From Phoronis australis (lineage: Eukaryota; Animalia; Phoronida): a DNA stretch of 64,000 nt. The notes beneath the pieces were generated by a model. The model worked only from the letters and a program-made list of their open reading frames with translations. It was not told where the DNA came from and did no database searches. Shown one piece after another: positions 26,401-36,700 of the stretch (its first letter is position 1; each line of letters begins with the position of its first letter). The position numbers were made by a program, and so were the translations under genes. The stretch lies in the NCBI GenBank assembly GCA_002633005.1, contig NMRA01000016.1:223396-287395 (forward strand), given 5' to 3'.

Positions 26401-29400
26401 AGGAGGAAAATTTGAAAACTCCTTTCAATATACGCGAGCAAGCCCGACCTACGCTTTTAGCGACTTAACGGCAACTGTCGGAAAAGACCACCCACCAAGG
26501 ACTGCAATATCCAATTTGTGAGATTAGAAGTACGAGTTTTTAAGTCGATTCCTACCTTTATATTTCGAGATTGACGCCAATGATGTATTAGCAGGTGACA
26601 GAATGAGGATTGGTTGAATTCGTCAAAATGGGGCTTAGTATCCTTTTAACAAGAACTTGTCTTGCTGCTTAAGATATTTAGGGAACCCAAGAAATAATAG
26701 AATAATCACTGTTACAATCATATACTTGGTGTAACATGAATTTGTCTCATTTTATGTCCGATATTTACACTTGTACATTCATATACATGATGTCTTTTTA
26801 GATATTTAGGGAACCAAAGAAATCAAGTCAAGTTGATAAGATTCTTCTAGATTACGCCAGAGAAATTCAAGTAAGTTTATTGTGTGTGATGTTTTCATAA
26901 ACCTTGGCAATGTTAAGGGCCATCCAAACCTATTTAGTATTGTACATCACAAGATCAGAGTGGAATCCATTATCCTTAATGTATACTGGTAATATATCGA
27001 CTGCAACCATTTTCTGAACAAAGAATGATTAATAAAGCATCAACATATACCAAAACTTACCGAGGAATATCTTGTAATTCTAAGTGTCCAAAAAGGTAAA
27101 TTTCTGCCTGAAATTAATGTTTTCTGTAACAGTTGTTATTTGTACAATCTTGTTTTTATTGGTTCTTTCAGAGGCCGGATAGCTCTGGTGCCTTACTGCT
27201 GTGTGTTGTTGGTGGAAAAATGAGTGAAGGGATCAACTTTTCGGATGATTTAGGACGGTCGGTTGATACCAACATACATGGCTTATGGTTATAGCTAACT
27301 TCATTAAATGTTCCTGATAATTCTTTTTCATTCTTGGTCTCATTATGATGGGAAAATTTGGGTCATTTTGTGTGAATACTTTTGGTTTGCGCTATAGCTG
27401 GCGGTCATTAAGTATGAATTTGAAAACTTATTAACTGAATGTTATTTGCAGCGGTTTGCTCGTAGAAATAAAAGCAGCGTCGTGTTTGCAATAATGCACC
27501 TACAACTATCTTAGCGATGACTTGGTACACAAACTTTAATTATACAAGCACCTATGTTATAATTGCAGTTTAGATTGTGACTTAGAAGGAAATGTCCTTT
27601 CAAATGTTCTTTATTGATCTTTGGTAAGCCTCGAATGTGAAATTGTTGAAATTATGCAAAGTTTTTGTATACTTTATTTGTTCAATTTTTTGTTACAGTT
27701 GTGTTGTCATGATTGGCCTACCTTATCCAAACATCCACTCTCCAGAACTGAAGGAGAAAATGGACTATCTCAATAAAAATGTGGTACGATGACTCTTAAA
27801 CAAACTTTATATTGCTACGTATATTTCGTTATTATTTAAATATCGAAACAGGGCGTCTTAAAGATATTAAAAAGATATCCCAAAATGTGAATTACCAGGA
27901 TGTGATTTTAATGGGAGTTGAGGTTTGTCCTATTCCAGGAATTCCGAAGTTTGTTATGCAATGTAAAAAAGTTTAGAAAAAATTCCACAGTTGACTCTCA
28001 TTGTAGGAACCAAAAAGTTTTTTTTGAGTTTTGACCCCTACAAAAAATAGTTATCTCCTGTGCAGGTATGCAATTGTTTTCAACAAAGTTTAACGGGTCA
28101 TGGTGGAGTATGATATTAAGAACTGTTTCTATATTTTATGTTGTGGATTTAGCGTTCGATTTGAATGTAAAATGTAGCAGATGAATAAGGGCTTATGATT
28201 CAGCTGTGCAGAGTTTGACAAATCATTTGCCATCTCGACTGAAATCAACTGTGGCATTTTTCCTAACCGCTGTGACATGTGAAAGAAGCTTCGGGTTTCC
28301 TGGAATACAAGTAACACCAATTGTTCCGGGTAAAATCATTTTCAGGTATTCATATTATTCCGAGTATTTTCTTAACATTCTTGGGAAACCGTCTGTTTGC
28401 ACGTGTGCTTTAGTCTGTGTGATAGCTCGATCTTAACCCCAGTGATACTGTAACTAAACTGGACTGCGCTTCCATGCAAATCCTTACATTGCAGTGTTTT
28501 GTAAAATGTCTTATTGAAACATGGTGAAATCAATGGGATTACCTGCCGACTTGCTAACCGCCTTTTCCTTCCCACTATGTGGCTATTTTGTTATTTTCTC
28601 ATTGTCATGATATTGTTTGCAGGCCCGAGGCCCTGATGGTAAATTACCTGGTCAAGTGTATTATGAGAACATTTGTATGAAGTCCGTCAACCAGTCAATA
28701 GGTGAGTGTAGTCAAGTCTTGCTATGTGCTGATTTAGAAACTGTAAATCAACTAGTCAATAGGTGAGTTTAGTCAAGCTTTGCTATGTGCTGATTTTGGA
28801 ACTGTAGGTTTACCAGTCAATAGGTGAGTGTAGTCAAACTTTGCTATGTGCTGATTTAGAAACTGTAAATCAACTAGTCAATAGGTGAGTTTAGTCAAGC
28901 TTTGCTATGTGCTGATTTTGGAACTGTAGGTTTACCAGTCAATAGGTGAGTGTAGTCAAACTTTGCTATGTGCTGATTTAGAAACTGTAAGTTTACCAAT
29001 TCAATTTAAGCTTTTGAAGATTGACAGGGGTTTCAAAGCATGTGTAGTTATCGGTTAATATGTGGCTTAAAGCTCAGTTTGGTATCCTTCTAAAAGATGA
29101 TGAAACAGCTCTATGTAACTTTGGAATACATGCTATTGTTCTCGTAGTTTTGTCACCTTAGCAATGTACTTCATGCAGAAAGGTCTCGATTTTCCTTATT
29201 ATGGTGCGCATCATTTGATTGATTACTGGTGTGTAATCTACTAGATATTGGCTTAGACTTGTGACCTTTCCAGGCCGTGCTATTCGTCATCGTGGTGACT
29301 ATGCTTGTATACTTCTGCTGGACTATCGTTACTTGAGAGCCAGCACTGTTGCCCAGTTACCTGGCTGGATATCTAAACACTTACGCAAGGTGGACCAGTT

Positions 29401-30402
29401 TGGTGGCGCCATATCGGCAATAAGACAGGTAGGTATTTGGCATGACACACTGCCTTTAGTGCTTGGGTACTCGCTCCTTGATGTGATTCGTTTTAACCGA
29501 AAATTTTCCATTTCATTTCATTAACAGTTGCTAGAACATTTCGGGAATTGCATTCAATGATGCACGCATGCTGTCCGTTTGTGAGATGGCGCCATTTTGC
29601 TAAAGGTTTTCTTGAATAAGCAGATGCAGTTACTGCAAAATGGCCGCCACTGAAAGTGATGGAGCAACTAATCAGTAGGAAATCAACTCCCGCAATCCTC
29701 TCTTTTATTGAATAAGCCAAGATATCATGTCACTATTAGACACTTTCTGTGAATTGTTTTAAATCAAATTTCCACACGTATCGTATCTGATGTCACGATC
29801 ACATGGTACAGGTACGACTTGGGAACTGATTTGCGTACGTTAAATATGTAACAGCCTGATACACAAGCCTAATTCTCGTATCTGATTTTTGCCTTTCTTC
29901 AAAGATATTTGAGGGAAAATTTTAGAAGCAGAATATCGTTGGAGTATGTAGAACAGGCGTATGTGTGATTATTTGAACTATGAGGTGATGTTTTGAAATG
30001 TCACTTGTTCGAACTGTCTTGATTTCGGTGATTTCTTTGCACTGCGCTGCATTAACATTCACTGAAACTGAGATACATTGTATTTATTATCTCTTATGTA
30101 CGATCTCACATTACTTTTCATGATACATAACATAGCACTGAAAGTATTGTATATCCCAAATGACTTCGCTCAGTGAGCATGCCCCAAACTTGTTCCATAT
30201 GTGAGAGACTAGACAATGCCATTCACATCAAGGTTACTTATACATTCTCACTCGGTAATCCTGACTGCGTTCAATCTCAATTTTCTTCTGGTTACGGTTA
30301 ACCACTTCCTTTCTGGCGTAACTTTCCAAGTGCCTGATGCGAAATCAGCTGTTTTATTTTAGACAACTTTCGTTCCAGTTCTTCAATGCCAAAAAGAGAT
30401 AA
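5499..30402 (+). CDS. DDX11: ATP-dependent Fe-S DNA helicase DDX11/ChlR1 (XPD family), 22 coding exons, ~903 aa
   Basis: Exons: 5499-5580, 5913-6145, 6722-6955, 10417-10557, 12230-12337, 13847-13934, 17559-17650, 18593-18688, 19593-19745, 20689-20860, 21960-22066, 22527-22794, 23354-23466, 24021-24093, 24960-25063, 25644-25793, 26802-26870, 27172-27257, 27699-27783, 28623-28701, 29274-29428, 30379-30402. All introns are GT-AG, phases are consistent, and the CDS totals 2712 nt. Motifs: FPFEPYDIQ (Q motif), ESPTGTGKS (Walker A), SRTHSQL, four Fe-S Cys (NMCVN, DRCLE, ACPYY x2), [37 protein letters not shown]. Confidence 0.95.
5589..5650. repeat. GT-rich low-complexity microsatellite
   Basis: (GT/GTGG)n tract just after the DDX11 exon 1 donor. 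Confidence 0.7.
7858..9160 (+). mobile_element. Helentron-associated (HINE/DINE-1-like) non-autonomous element with internal satellite-like array
   Basis: 5' subTIR plus hairpin ATGCGCCCACAT..ATGTGGACGCAT, then a (CCGT)n microsatellite and ~147-bp internal repeats marked by CCTAGTGGC. The 3' end has subTIR GTGGGCGCAT (9126-9135), hairpin CAACGC-TTC-GCGTTG and a CTTGTT terminus. Confidence 0.8.
10270..10395 (+). repeat. Dispersed repeat family A, copy 1
   Basis: Similar to 21800-21930, 31860-31970 and the reverse complement of 24230-24350 (…CTCTGAC…CAGCCATGATGG…GAATT…GGTCA). Confidence 0.6.
11988..12068. repeat. (GGTCGAGG/GGTCGT)n low-complexity end of a small DNA element
   Basis: Repeated GGTCGAGGGG/GGTCGT motifs ending in GGTTTTAGAACAATC. 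Confidence 0.5.
14524..15741 (-). CDS. Short-chain collagen C4-like (spongin short-chain collagen-related) type II membrane protein, intronless, nested antisense in DDX11 intron 6
   Basis: 405-aa ORF with a hydrophobic anchor [25 protein letters not shown], a coiled coil, furin site RVKR and ~10 Gly-X-Y triplets ([22 protein letters not shown]). The C-terminal domain carries the family motifs [20 protein letters not shown] and [20 protein letters not shown]. Confidence 0.9.
   Translation of the reverse strand: MEYASKVQTPSDKTFKCVQWKYSELEMGASQKYQEGQSSRGCNGSRVLLVVSLLVVLVVSVASAAMVIHLLNEVRLLRQEVIDMKAETHRVRHREHILHKEVKDHGRQIKATHHWMRAQKAPSYTVEVGDGSNKTTYRKSGDQTVARVKRTAGANEVQLTSCLQGLPGRDGKDGRDGRDGPQGPPGYDGITGEELRDILQHFKSQTGTVKTTENNNGTGGSVYVRWGRTTCPSTAKIVYEGIAAGSHYSHSGGGANKLCLPQNPQWGTYEDGLKKSTVMAYIFGAEYQTYDTKIFSNANTKGSSLHDQDVPCVVCHAPRASLVMIPARKECPASWTMEYNGYLTAERFNHQRSSFDCMDGAPEVAPSGTSDDNGALFYIVEAQCGSLPCPNYVQGRELTCVVCTK
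21720..21930 (+). repeat. Dispersed repeat family A, copy 2
   Basis: CATCAGGGGAGACAACTCTGAC..GCAGCCATGATGG matches the reverse complement of 24240-24340. Confidence 0.75.
24180..24450 (-). repeat. Dispersed repeat family A, copy 3 (inverted)
   Basis: GTCAGAGTAGTCTCCCCTGATGACCGA is the reverse complement of the copy 2 core. Confidence 0.75.
24590..24810 (+). mobile_element. Decayed 3' fragment of the HINE-like family
   Basis: CCCCTAGTGGCC unit; end GGCACATTTCAATGCTTTGTGTTGCTTGTGTT resembles 9128-9160. Confidence 0.55.
26291..26645. mobile_element. TTAA-flanked MITE (Kolobok/piggyBac-type target site)
   Basis: TTAA on both sides (26287-26290, 26646-26649); imperfect ~25-bp TIRs AAGAATACCACACCCGGTTTTG versus the reverse complement AAGGATACTAAGCCCCATTTTG. 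Confidence 0.65.
28689..29005 (+). repeat. 61-bp tandem repeat (5 copies) spanning the DDX11 exon 20 donor
   Basis: TAG|GTGAGT recurs with GT at 28702, 28763, 28824, 28885 and 28946; unit variants alternate A/B. Confidence 0.95.
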
Positions 30403-31789
30403 CTTAGCAACATGTTGAAGATGACTGCTTTACTGTGATGGAAGCCTGCAAGACTGATACTGTGTCTGTGTGAGTTCCGTCCTGTCTCATTGTAAGCATA
30501 GATTACGGCAATGAACAATAGGATCTCAGATTACTCGTTTCATGGTGCCTTATCAAGACAGTGATGTATCAGTTGTTTGAGACTGTAAGCTCTATTCGAT
30601 AATGCATCAACTGCTGTTTCTTGTTTTGCTACACTTCAAAAAGAAGCCAATCACCCGTCTAATTATCTGCCATTGAAACCATTTTTCATTACTGTAAGTT
30701 CTGTGGCAGTAATAGACTCGTAATTAAAATTATTAAGCTACAGTTGAATCGAGTGGTTAAATCGCATTCGTATAAACCGGGTTTGTAACACACTTGCCTA
30801 TAACATTCTTGTGCGGATTTGATGGGCTCAGCAATATATCCTTTCAAGACAATTTGCGACTGCAGAAATTACACAAATTTTTATATCTACATCTTAAGTT
30901 GTTTGCTCTACTCAGTGGTTCATAGGAAACACGTGATAGTTCATGTATATCCACTTGCCTTGTCAATTTGATTCACAAACTATAACTTTCCAAACCATTA
31001 ATAGATCGCTCACAGCCGTCGCCTGAGTCGCGGTAATTTTTGTTTTCACCCTTAATGTGTCAATTGACTTGTGCCCTGCATCCCTTGAGCTACCAGTTGT
31101 TGAGTATTGAATTTCTGATGCCAGCATAGATTATACTACATTGGCTACCAACTCTGTATATTTTCAATGTTCGAAATCTGTGATCTTACACATAAGCGAT
31201 GATGTCGTTATTTACTAGCGACACCTGGCAGATATAGCATGCTTTACTTCTGGCAAGTACGTCGTCTGCTATACTGGACATTAAAATAGATGCAAGAATT
31301 TCCCCGTCACAGTACATTAAGCGGAAGCTGAGTTTGCTATGTTTAAGGGGTGGCGCCTCGTGTAGGATGTTTCGCAAGAAAATGTCGAGTTGCAAATCTG
31401 TTGTCTGTTATCTATGATGCCAACTACTTTTTGCGACCATTTGGAATAGTGAACTTTCAAGGCATGGCGCATATGAGTGTAAGTGCATTGTAAAGTAGAA
31501 CTGTGTAGAGGAACTTGTGTATGCCTATTTGTTGCTTAGTTCATATGGATGTTTTCATGGCCCATGAGACGTGTGAATGGTGAGGACATAATTATGTCTC
31601 ACAACCACGACTGTACTGCATACCAACTTGGTTGCAGTGAATTTCTGTTGTGAACGCTCTGGAAATTACCCGGTATTCTCGTTTTTTGTAGCAGAGTTTG
31701 TGATTTTGATTTGTAGTGCTGTTACGCCGAAAATAACTACAGTACAGGACAAGATTAATCGGACAAAATACCGCTTCCCTTTGTGACAG

Positions 31790-31970
31790 ATAATTATGTT
31801 TAGAGCAGAAGAGTAGCGATGTTTATTGTCATTACAGAATGGCTTAGCCACGTTTCTAGCTTTCCTGTCAATTCCTCTTTACTCTCAGTCAAGAGGGAAA
31901 TCTACTCTGATGCCTTCAACTTCCATAGTCATGATGGGAATTCAGAGTCATTTTGTATGAATGCTTTTGG
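31790..31970 (+). repeat. Dispersed repeat family A, copy 4 (in the presumed DDX11 3' UTR)
   Basis: CTACTCTGATG..CATGATGGGAATTCAGAGTCATTTTG resembles copies 1-3. Confidence 0.55.
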
Positions 31971-32036
31971 TGTGTAAAAGCGATGTGTCATAGGGCAAGT
32001 TTCATGGTGCTCTTGAGAAGTTTCACCGAAAATATG

Positions 32037-32042
32037 AATAAA
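32037..32042 (+). terminator. Candidate DDX11 polyadenylation signal
   Basis: AATAAA followed by GT/T-rich sequence, ~1.6 kb after the stop codon. Confidence 0.45.
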
Positions 32043-33734
32043 GTATTGCGGTCATTTATTGAAGCATTTTGTGTAATCAATTGTTTATCTGTTGCTTGAG
32101 CAATTGTTGCAGAAATATAATTTGGAACACTTAATAACTGTGTTGTGCAATGAAATCATATGCATCACACGAGACCCAGTAAATACCACCATACCCTGGC
32201 AACATATCACAAGATCTGGACGAAAGAAATACACTTTTCATTTCTCAAGGTCGGTCAGGAGTGCCCAAATTTTCAAAATATTGTCCGATGGTAAACAACG
32301 TGAACATAGTTAAGTAACTATGATTATAGTTATTTAGTGTTACATGTGTCGTGGAAAGAAAATACGTCTGCCATATTGTGTCCTTAACTGCAATTGTCGC
32401 TGTATATTGAAAAAGTGGAACAAACTATTAGAAACAAATTTCATGTTCGTGTGTGTGGCTGAAGGCCATCTGAACACCACAGCCCTGTAAACTCTGTTGA
32501 CTAAAATAAAAAAAATGCCTACACACACATGGCCTGCTCACCTGAAAAACGGTTTGAACTCTGGTGCCAGAGCCGAGTTTACGGCCCGAGCCATGTTTGC
32601 AAGTTCATACAGCAACCGTCTTTTATATTGGAGGGGTTCAACAGGACAACCAAAATCAGAAGACGAGCAAAATTTACAGAAATAACGCTCACTTTTTAAA
32701 TATTATCCGCTGGTCGGGATGATCGAGTCCATTAATTGTGCTTTTGAGCTACATTTTGCGACTAGGCACCAGTCAAGGTACTTGGGTAGCCAGAGGATGG
32801 GTCAAATGGGTAGTCGGCAAATAGTATATCTCAAAGCTAAGAAGACCAGATGAATGGAAATCTTGTGCAGTATTCTGTGACAGTGTATCACCTTTGAGGC
32901 AGAATTACAAAGAAAATGCACAAGCCACATTACGATATTTATATTTAATACATTCACATCAGATTCCAACATGAACCATCTCTAGTATAGTTAGGCTAAC
33001 ACCGTGACATTCCTGTGTACTTCAGAGCCCTGAACTCATTTTGCGTGTACAATCAGTTGTAAATAAGTCTCTAAACAGTATATACAACAATTATTCGACT
33101 GGGAGCAAAAGAAGAAAAGGTTATCCGGTACCTCATAAATAAATGAAAACATTAGTAAGCAAACTCATTGGCGAACATCACGAAATCTTTAGCAATGTGC
33201 ATTTCGATGCATAACCGACTTCAGCGCCCACTCAGTCAACCACAGCACAGAATAGAATACATTACAAAGCGCGCCTCCCCCCACCAGCCCAAGTCTAACG
33301 CACTGGGACACAAGCACTTTTACAGCAGAACAGAAAGGAATGTAACACAATCTTTCGGCGGCAACACACTAAACAATTTCACAGTCTACAGAGGTCAGCA
33401 TTCTTCCAGGTGGACACACTACTATTGTCTATTATAATTAACATAACTATACAATAAATTTACAAGGGTGATAGCATACTAAACGATACAACAACTCTAC
33501 GTGGTACCTTTCAATCTCACAACTATACTCTAAATGTGATACCGATATCACGACCACCGACCATGTTTAATGGAGATTATCAAAAAGTCTTGTTGATTCA
33601 CGATTCATCTGTTAGTGACAGAGAGAGTCACGGTTTGAAGAGGGGGACACCACACTGGAATGTCTGCCCGGGTGAGTCTCAGTGAGGAGTCCAAGTGCGT
33701 TTCATACCTGTCGCAGTTCACATGAATTAGTAGT

Positions 33735-36700
33735 CTACTTCGTGGCCAGAATTAAAGCCACGATGAATCCATATAGACCTAAGACTTCAGCGAAAATAAG
33801 GATGAGGATCATGCCGACGTATAACCTCGGTTGTTGAGCTGTTCCGCGCACTCCGGCATCACCGACAATACCGATGGCATACCCTGCCGCCAGACCACTG
33901 AGACCCACACTAAGGCCGGCACCAAGATGATAAAAACTCCTGAAATGGAAGATTTAGTACAATTACAACAATACAACCAACTGTGTAGCGTGTGACCAGT
34001 GCAAAGGGGTATCACCTCGGAAACATTGTTCACACGGGTGTAGAGAACAAAACACTGTTCACACGGGTGTAGAGAACAAAACACTGTTCACACGGGTGTA
34101 CAGAACAAAACACTGTTCATATGACTGTAGAGAACAAAACACTGTTCATATGACTGTAGAGAACAAAACACTGTTCATATGACTGTAGAGAACAAAACAC
34201 TGTTCACACGGCTGTAGAGAATAAAACACTGTTCACATGGTTGTAGATAACAAAACACTGTTCACATAGCTGTAGAGAACAAAACACTGTTCACACAGCT
34301 GTAGAGAACAAAACCAATGACAGTGAAATCTCGACAATACGTGGAATTCAAATATGTAGCAGTAAATTAACGACTTATAAGCTCAAATTACATTAAACAA
34401 ACTAGGCAAACACGATAACGTTAGAGGATCAAGAAAAATAAAAACGGTCAACTCGGACAATGTAGTTGCTGAAGACTTATGGGTAAGTCCCGAAACACCA
34501 ACTAGTATACAACTCCTACCAGCATTTACTCATGTCACTTCTGTTACGATGACTCTTGTTTCTCTCTGAGCTTACAAGGATTCACCCGTGAAAAACAAAG
34601 TGATTCCAAACTTCAACAGTAATTTGCCACTTCTTCCTAAACTTGCCCAGCAGTGACAGATTTACGGCAGTGGGTGCTGGGATGCTAACGAAAATGACCC
34701 TATAAATATATGTGGGCGTACACAGAAAAACACAAAACAGTCAGAAATTGATGAAAAAATGGTAAATTAAATCTTGTTGGCGATCAAGTGGTTCACCTGT
34801 AAATCAGCATCATCTGCAGTCTTCTCATCAGTTCCTTCGTGCACTTTGGTGGATATAGAGGCAGGTGACAAATAGAGACTCAAAAATTTTTTGAATGCCT
34901 ACTAGGTGCTGCAGAATACATCAAATCTATCCAAAAATGGGACAGCGATGTTGTCTCTTGGATAGAAACCAATTTACCAAGTTCCTGCAAATCCGAAGGT
35001 AAACGTAAAAAAAAATACTATAACTGCCACTGGGAAGCGCAGCGGTAGTCGGATTGGTCCAAAATCCGTCGTCAACTTCATCGGAGCACACCTGCCAAAT
35101 CTCATTAGAATCCTGCAGCGGACGCCGGATACCCACACAGAGGTGACGGCAATGCGCACCCACATAAGAATACGTGGGTGCATGGTAGGTTGTTGGCTGC
35201 ACACGTGCTGGAATACTCACTGTGCTAAAGTGTAGGTGTCTGTAATGCCCTGTGCTATGACTGCACCGACCACAAGTCCATAAATACCAAGGATACCCGC
35301 CATGACTACTGGCAACACAGACTTCATGATCAGCTCAGGCCTCATCACGGCCATGGCTGCGATGCCCGTGCCCGACTTCGCTGTCCCATAGGCGGCGCCC
35401 AGCGCTGTAATGGAAAACACAACACGTGCAGTCGAACAAAAATGTACCAGTCCTAAAAAATTGGAGCGAACAACGAACAGCACAACTCGCAAAAGTCTGA
35501 CATGCATAAGGTCCATGGTAAGGTTGTTCTAGTTTGGGCACTTCAGTCGGATTTCGCCTTACCGCGATCCAAACAACGCAAGATTTACTGTGTGTACAAT
35601 GATTTGTAAATATTTCGAATATAGAAATTTGCTTCCCATGGAGTCATTGTGAAATCAGACAAGCTCAATTAATCTCAAGTGTATTATGAGGTTTATTGTT
35701 GACTTTTCATTCCACATTTTCTCCGTCACTTTAAGTTCATATGAGCATGAGTCACAACCGACAGTTCAACCAGGTATATTGCCGAATCATTCTGAAGTAT
35801 TTATTTTACAAGTGCTTTCAGTTGCACAATTAACAGACATAAAAATTTACAAATAAATAACGGCAGCTATCAACCTGCATTCCATCCAAGAAACAAAATT
35901 TTGCTTTAGACACAGCAGGTGCACCTTTGACATTGTTTGCAACTTGTTCCTTATTTAGACGAGAAATAGTTTATGGGCTTGACAATAAGCGGTGGCTGAT
36001 TACATTTCCCTAATGACCATGCTCAGTGTATTAAATGACACGCCGTGAAAAGCCAATTTGTACAGCCTATTCTCAAGCAAAAATAAACTGTCAGTTCTTT
36101 AAGAGCCCTGAAACCCCTCCAAATTCAACAATAGACTTCCAAGTAGTAGGGCCAGATATAAGTGACCTCTGGAGGACGGGGAGAAAGTTTCACCTTGTCT
36201 AAAACACATCGCTTCTCATGACATACACTGTATGAGCCTTTTGACAAAGTCTAACACGTTTCCCCTATGCAACCACTTGTGAAAAGTGCCCCAAGGTACA
36301 GCCAGGTGGCGTTCAGGGTCACCAGCCCCCATGTGTTAGCAGGCATTGCTCCTTGAAAGTCTCTCATTTGTCTAACCAACAATTTGCGACCAATTTCTTA
36401 ACAGGAATGGCCTAAATCAGAAGTTGCCTTTTGAGATGAAAAGCAGATTTATAGCCATTTCCAACATTTGAAAAACAAAATGATGCCCTGAAATCCATGT
36501 CCACTCTCACAAGTTTGGAACCATAATGGAAACTTCTTAAAAAACCGTGCTAAACCCATGAGAGATACTACCGTAATGCTTTCATGGAGTAGGACTGCCG
36601 CAATTAGCAGAAATGCATTCATCAACTCAAGAGTGTACGATAGAAGAGTCGAATGTGCGAACAAGGGTATGGAGAGACGTTGAGAAGGATCTCCTAATCT

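Noticed and set aside
34020-34313. CRISPR-like array of 29-bp repeats
   Set aside because: Units are head-to-tail without unique spacers, there are no cas genes, and the array lies in a eukaryotic intron.
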